Of a stretch of 34,127 nt of DNA, positions 7,559-14,856 are shown piece after piece. Numbering within the stretch: the stretch's first letter is position 1; each line of letters starts with the position of its first letter. This DNA comes from a virus. The notes below the pieces were generated by a model that was not told the origin of the DNA, ran no database searches, and saw only the letters and a program-made list of their open reading frames with translations. The DNA lies in IMG/VR virus record IMGVR_UViG_3300045988_034929, positions 1-34,127 of that record, one strand, 5' to 3'. The position numbers were made by a program, and so were the translations under genes.

Positions 7559-7704
7559 AAAAGTTAATAGCAGTTATCACAGTCCTACTCATATCGGTAG
7601 GCTGCACCGTAGTACAGAACGCAGCGGACAGCATACAACGTAATTTCAAGCTACAGCAATTAGAGTACGGGCTATCGCTGAAAGATAGTTTAATACTTAA
7701 ATGA
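7555..7704 (+). CDS. Small putative lipoprotein, 49 aa.
   Basis: Manual translation gives MKKLIAVITVLLISVGC..., a signal peptide followed by a lipobox-like cysteine. ATGA overlap with the SNF2 stop. Confidence 0.5.
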   Translation: MKKLIAVITVLLISVGCTVVQNAADSIQRNFKLQQLEYGLSLKDSLILK

Positions 7705-7714
7705 TGTTAACGAA

Positions 7715-7747
7715 AGAACCAACGTAACGGGAAAAACGTTATATTTG
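7715..7747 (+). promoter_or_regulatory. Phage promoter family member: AGAACC-N18-TTATATTTG, with GTTAAC 4 nt upstream.
   Basis: One of six similar sites. The -7 box matches TAnnTTTG. ATG at 7773. Confidence 0.6.
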
Positions 7748-7772
7748 TATCAACGATTTAAAAACAAAGATT

Positions 7773-8045
7773 ATGGAAAAGTATTCAAAAGCAGTTAGTG
7801 AGATGTACTCACAGTTTAATCAGAAAGAAGCCCACCCGTTGGAAAAGTACATAGGGAGATTAGCCCGATGCACCTGGGGCGGAATTTCGGAAGTAGTCGG
7901 GTATTCAGTTGACACCCTCGGGGGCGAGTACTTGATAGTAGGGGCTTTCTTGCCCGGCGGCTGGAATAACTTAAGTGTAGGCGATGTGGTATTCAAAGAG
8001 TGCGAAAGTTATTTGTATGTTAGGGTCAACGATTTAATAGATTAG
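7773..8045 (+). CDS. Hypothetical protein.
   Basis: 90-aa ORF directly downstream of the promoter and conserved leader. Confidence 0.7.
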   Translation: MEKYSKAVSEMYSQFNQKEAHPLEKYIGRLARCTWGGISEVVGYSVDTLGGEYLIVGAFLPGGWNNLSVGDVVFKECESYLYVRVNDLID

Positions 8046-8051
8046 AAGATT

Positions 8052-8474
8052 ATGATTAGAAACAGAGATTTTGCGATGCTGTACGCAGGGCGTGCGGTAT
8101 TCAACAAGAAAGGTGAGTATGCCGGTACGGTGGTCGGTTGGAACGATATGCTCGGCGTTATACTGGGCATTGACCACGGGGACAGTTGGCAGACCTGGGG
8201 CCTTACCGACATAAGCGTGTCCGAGGATGAATTTCCGTCGTACGTATACCACAACGCCGGGATGCTTGTGGAACCGGTAGCGCAGTTAGAGGCGGAAGTC
8301 CCGAAGCATAAGACGATAGGCGAGCTTATCAAGGAGCACGAAGGCGTGCGAGGTATCCAATTCTCCACAGACGAGCACGGTAACGTGCAGGCGGCTTATA
8401 TCCGGGGCAAGCACGGAGGTATGAAGCTTGTGAGCATGGGAGACGGTTTAGAAAATGTATCATCAAAAATTTAA
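8052..8474 (+). CDS. Hypothetical protein.
   Basis: 140-aa ORF. Two overlapping minus-strand ORFs are rejected. Confidence 0.7.
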   Translation: MIRNRDFAMLYAGRAVFNKKGEYAGTVVGWNDMLGVILGIDHGDSWQTWGLTDISVSEDEFPSYVYHNAGMLVEPVAQLEAEVPKHKTIGELIKEHEGVRGIQFSTDEHGNVQAAYIRGKHGGMKLVSMGDGLENVSSKI

Positions 8475-8479
8475 AATGT

Positions 8480-8920
8480 ATGGAGGCATTAATGTGTTTA
8501 TTTGAAATAGCAATAGGTGCCGGTTTGGTGACTGGTTTGTGGCTTGTGGCTAAATTCGCAGCCCGTAATACAGATGGGGGGGTACGAAGAGTAATGAAGG
8601 TACGACGGATGATGGTAGTGTTAGCGGTGGTACTTTTATCGTTGAAAACTGCGCGCGGTAGGAAACCCGAGTATTTCAATAGTGGGTATAAGCCGGAACA
8701 CGGCACCGAGTTTTGCCGGGCGCGTCTTGTGGGTAAGGTACACCGACTTGATAATAGAGCGCTGTACTTGGTTGAGATACATCCCAAGGACGCGGCCAAA
8801 GTGCGTGCGTGGACTGTCCCGGAAACGGAGCTACGCGGAGTGTATTTACTGGAGAAAGGAAAATTTTATAAATTGGCATTTGAAGAAGAATTATATGAAA
8901 GAACCAAAGCTTCCCTATAA
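8480..8920 (+). CDS. Hypothetical membrane protein.
   Basis: Hydrophobic segments (AIGAGLVTGLWLVAKFAA and MMVVLAVVLLSL). Confidence 0.65.
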   Translation: MEALMCLFEIAIGAGLVTGLWLVAKFAARNTDGGVRRVMKVRRMMVVLAVVLLSLKTARGRKPEYFNSGYKPEHGTEFCRARLVGKVHRLDNRALYLVEIHPKDAAKVRAWTVPETELRGVYLLEKGKFYKLAFEEELYERTKASL

Positions 8921-9179
8921 GCTTAAATGGGGCGACAGGACGGCCGCAAGGGTCGACGAAGTGGAATACCTTATCGGTATCAGATTAGTGGGCTATACGA
9001 GCCTAAAAGACGTGTTTATAGCCGAGGTGCACGAAAGTGTAGCGGACGAGGTGGGCGCATGGAACGCGCCCGAAGACTTATATAGCGCGGGCAGTAGCGA
9101 CGTGTTTATGAAGAAGCCGCGAGCCGGGGCATACTACAAGTATATAAGACTTAAAGAAATTGTGCGTGAAGAAAGTTAG
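8895..9179 (+). CDS. Hypothetical protein. The internal start of track ORF 8682..9179 is used.
   Basis: The ATG at 8895 avoids a 240-nt out-of-frame overlap with 8480..8920. Confidence 0.55.
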   Translation: MKEPKLPYKLKWGDRTAARVDEVEYLIGIRLVGYTSLKDVFIAEVHESVADEVGAWNAPEDLYSAGSSDVFMKKPRAGAYYKYIRLKEIVREES

Positions 9180-9183
9180 TTTT

Positions 9184-9561
9184 ATGGATATGGCGGTATG
9201 CCTCAACTGCCACGTATTTATTATATGGGAATTCATACGAAGGTACGGATATACCGCCGGGGTAACAAAGGATAAGTACGGGCGCGGTTATGTGGAAGCC
9301 ACGCTTTGTAACGGGTGGGTTGATAAGCTGGCAAAGTATGTAGCCGCCCAGGACTTCACATATAAGCAGCCTATTAATAAAAGGCAGTATCTTATCAGAG
9401 ACGAAGCCCGGTTAGCCGAGGAGAAAAGAAACGAGCAAGACATATCAAGAACCTATGGAATTGACCCGGACGGAAGGATAAAAAGGGTATCAACGTTCAA
9501 GAACGGGACGTCTCAAACGTGGTATTGGCATAGGGATTCGCTCGGGTGGAAATTGACATAA
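9184..9561 (+). CDS. Hypothetical protein. An alternative start lies at 9160.
   Basis: ORF 9160..9561. The ATG at 9184 lies just after the upstream stop. Confidence 0.6.
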   Translation: MDMAVCLNCHVFIIWEFIRRYGYTAGVTKDKYGRGYVEATLCNGWVDKLAKYVAAQDFTYKQPINKRQYLIRDEARLAEEKRNEQDISRTYGIDPDGRIKRVSTFKNGTSQTWYWHRDSLGWKLT

Positions 9562-9635
9562 TGACAGTGCCGCAAAGACCCGTGTCGAACTAAACGTCAG
9601 CACCCTCGGAGGACGTGTCAAGTCGAGTGATAGCA

Positions 9636-9683
9636 AAAAGCCCAAATCTGATTACAAAATGTCAGATTTGGGCTTTTGTTTAT
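9636..9683 (+). terminator. Strong intrinsic terminator at the end of the early/accessory module.
   Basis: Perfect 16-bp stem (AAAAGCCCAAATCTGA / TCAGATTTGGGCTTTT) with a 10-nt loop and a T-rich tail. Confidence 0.8.
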
Positions 9684-9717
9684 AAACAGAAAAAAGGGCT
9701 TCAAAAATTAACAGAAT

Positions 9718-9930
9718 TTAACCACACTTACACAGTAAAAAATCGCTACTGTGTCGTTTTTTGTACACTCTAACTCCTTATATTATAATATATTATATGT
9801 AATTACACAGATACACAGATAAAAAGGGGTTAAAACATTATTCTGGAGAAAAGTGTATTTTAGGGGGTATAAAATATACTATTCTCTATATTAAAGTTTA
9901 GAAAAAAAAGCGTGTATCTGTGTAAGTGCT
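9718..9930. repeat. Copy 1 of the duplicated ACACAG element (copy 2 at 26240..26466).
   Basis: Block 9718-9776 and block 9803-9847 are nearly identical to 26240-26299 and 26326-26370. A 14-bp perfect inverted repeat pairs 9803-9816 with 9912-9925. Confidence 0.85.
9730..9762 (+). terminator. Hairpin ACACAGTA-N9-TACTGTGT followed by T6. Either an intrinsic terminator or a palindromic operator.
   Basis: 8-bp perfect stem plus a T-tract. Identical copy at 26253..26285. Confidence 0.45.
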
Positions 9931-10036
9931 TGTAACGTTCAGTAAGATAGGTAGTTACAGTGTTCACACCAAAAACCATGTAAATATAATTCATTTGTAA
10001 ACTTTATTTGTAGAAAAAGGCCTAACTGCCCGTAGG

Positions 10037-10067
10037 TTGGTCCGGTGCGATTTGTTGCCTACCTTTG
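10037..10067 (+). promoter_or_regulatory. Bacteroidota-consensus promoter TTG-N20-TACCTTTG upstream of the packaging/structural module.
   Basis: Matches TTG / TAnnTTTG in sequence. Shares CCTACCTTTG.CCGT with the promoter at 32045..32074. Confidence 0.6.
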
Positions 10068-10184
10068 TGCCGTGATTGAAAACAGTTAATACAAACCGCG
10101 AGGTATCGTCCGAATACTACTTGCGCATCTCTTTAAGAGACCGCGAGCACACACGCGCGATACTTTAATACCAACTAACAAACT

Positions 10185-10811
10185 ATGGCAGGAAGAGCAA
10201 AGAAGGAAGCCGCCCCGGATACGAAGGCGGCAATTACCAAGGGACAAGCGACGGGCAAAGCCCCCGCCCCCAAAGACGATTTGAAGAAGTGCAAAGAACT
10301 TTATGAGGTTGTGCAGACGCGCGGTTGTAAAGGCGCTACGTTGTCTACCGTCGAGGAGTGCGTAGATTACGTAGCGGAGTACATGAACTTCTGTGAGCGG
10401 AACCCGTTCATTACGTATGAAGTGCTGAAGGGTGGAAACGCAGCCGGGCAAAAGGTACCCATAGAAAAGAAACGCGCGCCATCGCTCGGGGGCTTCTGCC
10501 TTTTCATCGGATGGACTATGCAGGCGTTCAAGAAGAACGGCGCACGACTTGAAAAGCTGGCAGACGACGGGAACGAAGACGCGGCCAACCTATTGACCGG
10601 GTACGCCCTTATCGCCGAACTCATTGCAACCGATATGGACGAAAGCGCGCTTGCCGGTGTAGTTGATGCCAATTACATGGCGAAATTAAGAGGACTACGA
10701 GACCTTAAAGATGTTACAAGCAACGGCAAGGAAGCCGGCACAAAGGCTATGCAGGTTAACGTACTTTCCGAGGATGCGGTGAAGAACCTACAAAAGTTAG
10801 GAGGCATTTAG
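10185..10811 (+). CDS. terS: Terminase small subunit (putative).
   Basis: Sits immediately upstream of terL. Lys/Ala-rich N-terminus, a P.L.GF..F.G segment and a C-terminal ...KLRGL segment resemble gp3-type small terminases. Confidence 0.6.
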   Translation: MAGRAKKEAAPDTKAAITKGQATGKAPAPKDDLKKCKELYEVVQTRGCKGATLSTVEECVDYVAEYMNFCERNPFITYEVLKGGNAAGQKVPIEKKRAPSLGGFCLFIGWTMQAFKKNGARLEKLADDGNEDAANLLTGYALIAELIATDMDESALAGVVDANYMAKLRGLRDLKDVTSNGKEAGTKAMQVNVLSEDAVKNLQKLGGI

Positions 10812-10814
10812 AAC

Positions 10815-11960
10815 ATGAACGTTACATTTACTTTTGAAAAGATACTGGCGGCTTTCGTAGACCCGAAGATACGCGGTGTAGCCTCTAAAGGCGGCACGCG
10901 TAGCGGCAAGACATGGGCAACCCTACAGATGTTGCACATACTCGCATTGAACAATCCGCAACCGCTCGTTATATCGTGTGTGGCGGCTACGTTCCCTATG
11001 GTTAAGCGCGGTATGCTCCGTGACTTTAAAGCGATGGTAGCTGCCGAGGGGTATTGGGATGAGAACAAATTTAATAAAACGGAAAGTACATACGAATACC
11101 CGAACGGCACGATAATAGAGTTCTTCTCATGTGATAATGCCGGGAAGGTGCACGGTCCGGCACGTGATATACTCTTCGTAAACGAGGCGCAAGGCATACC
11201 CCGGGAAATCTTTAGGCAGCTCGATATCCGTACCCGTAAGAAGGTTATCATCGACTACAACCCGGTACGGAAGTTTTGGGGCGAAACTGAGTTCGTAGGT
11301 GACCGATATGTTACGATACATTCGACGTACAAAGATAATCCGTACTTGACCCCCGAACAAGTGGCAGCCATCGAGAAGAACAAGGACGACGCTAATTGGT
11401 GGCGCGTGTATGGTGAGGGCTTGACGGGTGGTGTAGAGGGTAACGTTTACCCCGAGTACGAAGTAATAGACGATATGCCGGAAACTTACACGGGTAGGTG
11501 CCTGGGACTTGACTTCGGTTTCGTGAATGACCCTACCGCGATAGTCGACATACGCATGGAGGGCCGGGACTTATACGTAGACTTGCTTTGCTATGAACAA
11601 GGCTTGCTTAACAGCCATATAGCGGACTACTTGAACGCTAATGCACTGAACCGCGTGATAACGGTGTGCGATAGTGCGGAGCAAAAGAGTATCGTGGAGC
11701 TACAGCAGAAGCGTATCAAGGCAATACCGTGTGTCAAGGGGCGCGGCTCTGTGGCGGCTGGTATCGCGCAGGTGAAGCAGTTCAAGATGCACGTAACAAA
11801 GCGTTCCGTTAAGCTGCTTGACGAGCTGGATAACTACAAATGGATTAAGGACGAAGTATCAGACACATACACCAACGAGCCTATAGACGCGTGGAACCAC
11901 GCACTCGACGCGCTCCGTTACGGTGTGGACTTCTTGATACGTAAATACAGACCCAAATAA
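10815..11960 (+). CDS. terL: Terminase large subunit.
   Basis: Walker A GGTRSGKT near the N-terminus, FVNEA (Walker B-like), and a C-terminal nuclease-like region (GLDFG...D...CDSAE). Confidence 0.85.
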   Translation: MNVTFTFEKILAAFVDPKIRGVASKGGTRSGKTWATLQMLHILALNNPQPLVISCVAATFPMVKRGMLRDFKAMVAAEGYWDENKFNKTESTYEYPNGTIIEFFSCDNAGKVHGPARDILFVNEAQGIPREIFRQLDIRTRKKVIIDYNPVRKFWGETEFVGDRYVTIHSTYKDNPYLTPEQVAAIEKNKDDANWWRVYGEGLTGGVEGNVYPEYEVIDDMPETYTGRCLGLDFGFVNDPTAIVDIRMEGRDLYVDLLCYEQGLLNSHIADYLNANALNRVITVCDSAEQKSIVELQQKRIKAIPCVKGRGSVAAGIAQVKQFKMHVTKRSVKLLDELDNYKWIKDEVSDTYTNEPIDAWNHALDALRYGVDFLIRKYRPK

Positions 11961-12571
11961 TGAAAAAGTTTATTTTGAAGTGGATATATCGCATAACAGC
12001 GATTAACAACCGAAAGGTTTTATTAAGAGTCGCTAACCTACCAGCAAACGGAACAGTCCGAATAACCAAGGACGAGGAAAAGTTGCTTAAGGATATGATT
12101 AAGTACTGTCGACCTTCACAAGTCGCTACGCGCAATGGGAAAGCCGTGTACAGACTTAGAGACGTTGAGGGTATAACTCTATGGTCTATGCTTGAAACGC
12201 GCCGTGCAGAGGACGCAAACGAGCGTATCAAGGCGTGGACTGATGACAACTACGAACCCGAAACGATTCTCGATGCCGCGAAGCTTGATAAGTTCATAGT
12301 GTCACAGATGGAAATCGCGGACGGTCTCGAGCAAATCGTGTTTCAGAACATGAAGCCAGGCGGCGAAAGCGCGTTGACGGGCGATGAGAACATTAAACAA
12401 GCAAAGAACCTACTCGGACTTGTGCAGATTACAGCCGAGCTATTCCACTGTAGCTTTGAGGACGCGAAGCAAATCAACTATTCGGACGCTATGCTTGCCA
12501 TCGCCAAACGTAACGACGAGATAGAGAAGGAGAAGCGAGAAATGAAGAAACAACAAATGAAAAACAGATAG
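11960..12571 (+). CDS. Hypothetical protein of the morphogenesis module.
   Basis: 203-aa ORF with an ATGA-type overlap with the terL stop. Confidence 0.7.
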   Translation: MKKFILKWIYRITAINNRKVLLRVANLPANGTVRITKDEEKLLKDMIKYCRPSQVATRNGKAVYRLRDVEGITLWSMLETRRAEDANERIKAWTDDNYEPETILDAAKLDKFIVSQMEIADGLEQIVFQNMKPGGESALTGDENIKQAKNLLGLVQITAELFHCSFEDAKQINYSDAMLAIAKRNDEIEKEKREMKKQQMKNR

Positions 12572-12573
12572 TT

Positions 12574-12978
12574 ATGACTTTTGAAACAATAATCAACACA
12601 GCGAACGCCCGGGCTACAGCCTTGGGCAAAACGCTGATATTCGGGGATACCGCAGTACAGAACGTAGCGGCTAACGAATTGGGTGACGACTTCTTTACGC
12701 TTGACGTAACGACTGGAAGCTATACGGACACCAACGTACCTAACAGCAGCGTCTACACGGTTGTCATCCGCTGTATGGGTACATCGGCTTATATGCGAGA
12801 CGATGCGGTAGAGATAGCAACTTTGATACGTACAGACCTGCTTTTGCATGAGATGCTTAAAAGTTTCATATGCGGCTACGAGATTGGCTCGCTCCGTATC
12901 GCCAAAGTGCAGAACCAGTACGATACTATCAAGTCGGGCTGGGAAGCAACGTTCGACGCATACAAGTACGGGGCATGA
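12574..12978 (+). CDS. Hypothetical protein of the morphogenesis module.
   Basis: 134-aa ORF, tightly packed against its neighbours. Confidence 0.7.
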   Translation: MTFETIINTANARATALGKTLIFGDTAVQNVAANELGDDFFTLDVTTGSYTDTNVPNSSVYTVVIRCMGTSAYMRDDAVEIATLIRTDLLLHEMLKSFICGYEIGSLRIAKVQNQYDTIKSGWEATFDAYKYGA

Positions 12979-12990
12979 ACTTGATGCCGT

Positions 12991-13021
12991 TTGTTTTCTC
13001 GTGGTTTACTTCGTACTTTTG
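12991..13021 (+). promoter_or_regulatory. Consensus promoter TTG-N20-TACTTTTG.
   Basis: Sequence match in the 67-bp gap before 13046, followed by the leader TTTAAAAACAAAAGAGC-ATG. Confidence 0.5.
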
Positions 13022-13045
13022 TGCACTGTTTAAAAACAAAAGAGC

Positions 13046-13393
13046 ATGAAAATCATTTGGAACAACTTTATCCCGGTTAAGGGCTTCAAAGCTATTAACC
13101 TATTCGGCGTCCTTTTCGCGCGCTGTAACGCGGTTATAAGCGAAACGACGTTAAGACACGAACACATTCACACGATGCAAATGCGTGAAATGCTGTACGT
13201 GCCGTTTTACTTGTGGTATGGTATCGAGTACGTTATTAAATTCATCGGTTGGAGCTTCGAGAAGAAGAATCCATATTACCCGAACGACAAGCCATATGAC
13301 CGCATGAGTTTTGAGAGGGAGGCATACGGCAACGAGCACGATGTGGACTACCCGAAGACAAGGAAACATTTTAGCTGGTTTAAGTATATTTAA
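13046..13393 (+). CDS. Small protein with an HExxH motif (putative zinc metallopeptidase-like).
   Basis: HEHIH motif at aa 38-42 of 115. Confidence 0.5.
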   Translation: MKIIWNNFIPVKGFKAINLFGVLFARCNAVISETTLRHEHIHTMQMREMLYVPFYLWYGIEYVIKFIGWSFEKKNPYYPNDKPYDRMSFEREAYGNEHDVDYPKTRKHFSWFKYI

Positions 13394-13395
13394 CT

Positions 13396-13836
13396 ATGAA
13401 CAAGGAAGTTACCCAATTAGTTAGGCAGATACGCGACGAGATAGTGGCTAACTACTATCGCATGAGGCTTAACGCTTCGGGTCGCTTCGATAGGGAAACA
13501 GAGGTGGTGGAGTATGCAGGCGGCGTGAAGATAGAAAGCCCGGCATACATCTATCAGATGGAAGACGGGAGGGCGGCTGGTAGCTTCCCACCCGTTTCTG
13601 CCATTAAGCAATGGATTAAAGACAAGAACGCAAACGCCGGTACGGACATACCCGAAGAAGCGGCATACGCGATAGCATACGTTATCAAGCGCGACGGTAT
13701 TAAAGTACCCAACGAGCACAACGAAGGCGGCGTAGCAAGTAAGATACTAACCCCCGAGATGGTACAACGTATCACAGTAGAGGTGTCCCGGATAGTACGG
13801 GCGGAGATATTAACCATTTTAACTAAAAAGCAATGA
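13396..13836 (+). CDS. Hypothetical virion-module protein.
   Basis: 146-aa ORF that overlaps the next start. Confidence 0.7.
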   Translation: MNKEVTQLVRQIRDEIVANYYRMRLNASGRFDRETEVVEYAGGVKIESPAYIYQMEDGRAAGSFPPVSAIKQWIKDKNANAGTDIPEEAAYAIAYVIKRDGIKVPNEHNEGGVASKILTPEMVQRITVEVSRIVRAEILTILTKKQ

Positions 13837-14852
13837 TTATAAGAAATCTTTTAACCAACCAAACGGCAACGGCGGCAGGCACAATGTGGATACCTGGTAT
13901 TGGCGCAGGCATTTATCGCCCTATACGATTGGAGCAAGTCGGCTCTGTTACCAGCATACAGCTTATCTTTTCACGTAATGGCGCACGGAAGGCAACGGCT
14001 ACCGTTACCCCATATGAGGGCACAATATTGGATATGTCGATGATGGCCGCAGCCACGCCGAGCATAACGGAGAGCATTAACGCGGGTCTCGGGTTTACTG
14101 ACTTCGTGGACTCCGTGCAAATACTATACACGGAAGGTACGTTGAAGAGTATTAATGTTTACATTATACACGCCCCTATAGCCAATGGGCGGTTTACCAA
14201 CCAGGCGGACACGCGCAACCTATCCGACTACGACAACGGACTGTTTAACCAAGTGGACTTTAGCTGCGCTTCGTTTCTCAACAGCCCGTTAACGGGTGCA
14301 CCGTTTAACTTTGCTTTGAGATACGGACAGTTAACAGCAAACTCGGACGGTAGACTACGGTGCCGAATTGGAAGCGCGAGCACATCCTTTGCTTGGGCGG
14401 TGGGCAATACCCAGATAACTGCCAACCTATCGACACACGAGTTCAGAACAGCAAACGACGCATCGCCGTGGGGCTTCGCACGTTTTGAACGTAAATACCC
14501 ATATTGCTCTGACCCCAACAAACGCGTAACGCTTCGATGGCTTAACCGCAAAGGGGCTTATGATACAATGTATTTTGACCAATACCGCATTGTGCCCACT
14601 TACTTGGTTAACTTCTCGGGTGGCAACCGCGTGTTGTCCTACGACGTTACAATAAACGTAGTAGTAACGGATGATAATCAAAACGCGCTGTACTGGCTTT
14701 CCCGTTCGGGCGAGGTTGCCGGGGTATTCCCTTTGGCTACAAACCAGTGGGCACGTGTTACGATACAGAACCCAAACGCTCTGAACATACAAGGCGGTGC
14801 GACGGGACGGGTAGCGGCGTTTAAATGCAAGTTTGAAATTATAGAACCTTAA
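13833..14852 (+). CDS. Hypothetical virion structural protein.
   Basis: 339-aa ORF in the structural module with Ser/Thr/Asn/Gly-rich composition. Confidence 0.6.
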   Translation: MIIRNLLTNQTATAAGTMWIPGIGAGIYRPIRLEQVGSVTSIQLIFSRNGARKATATVTPYEGTILDMSMMAAATPSITESINAGLGFTDFVDSVQILYTEGTLKSINVYIIHAPIANGRFTNQADTRNLSDYDNGLFNQVDFSCASFLNSPLTGAPFNFALRYGQLTANSDGRLRCRIGSASTSFAWAVGNTQITANLSTHEFRTANDASPWGFARFERKYPYCSDPNKRVTLRWLNRKGAYDTMYFDQYRIVPTYLVNFSGGNRVLSYDVTINVVVTDDNQNALYWLSRSGEVAGVFPLATNQWARVTIQNPNALNIQGGATGRVAAFKCKFEIIEP

Positions 14853-14856
14853 CAAT

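Noticed and set aside
8682-8894. N-terminal extension of ORF 8682..9179. The same question applies to the 19009 start of the protease/scaffold ORF and the 24172, 25601 and 9160 starts.
   Set aside because: The extensions overlap the upstream gene out of frame for long stretches. In-frame ATGs at 8895, 19066, 24214, 25613 and 9184 give standard short overlaps or sit behind a leader or -7 box.
9562-9635. Possible tRNA or sRNA in the GC-richer stretch after the last early gene (GACCCGTGTCGAAC...GACGTGTCAAGTCGAG).
   Set aside because: No cloverleaf could be drawn. The only notable feature is a loose direct repeat, so the evidence is insufficient.
9718-9930. The ACACAG element as a MITE, transposon or att site.
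   Set aside because: There is no transposase or integrase in the genome and no target-site duplication flanking the inverted repeats. The conserved blocks extend outside the inverted repeat. A regulatory, pac or ori role fits better.
10799-10804. AGGAGG sequences 7-10 nt upstream of the terL ATG (10799-10804) and of the 23094 ATG (23081-23086), as evidence for an SD-using, non-Bacteroidota host.
   Set aside because: They occur at only two of about 48 starts, and both lie inside the 3' coding sequence of the preceding gene. The rest of the genome uses A-rich leaders without SD sequences.
12972-13000. The GGCAT-N7-ATGCC hairpin with a T-rich tail as a terminator after 12574..12978.
   Set aside because: The stem is only 5 bp. 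It is plausible but too weak to report as a feature.
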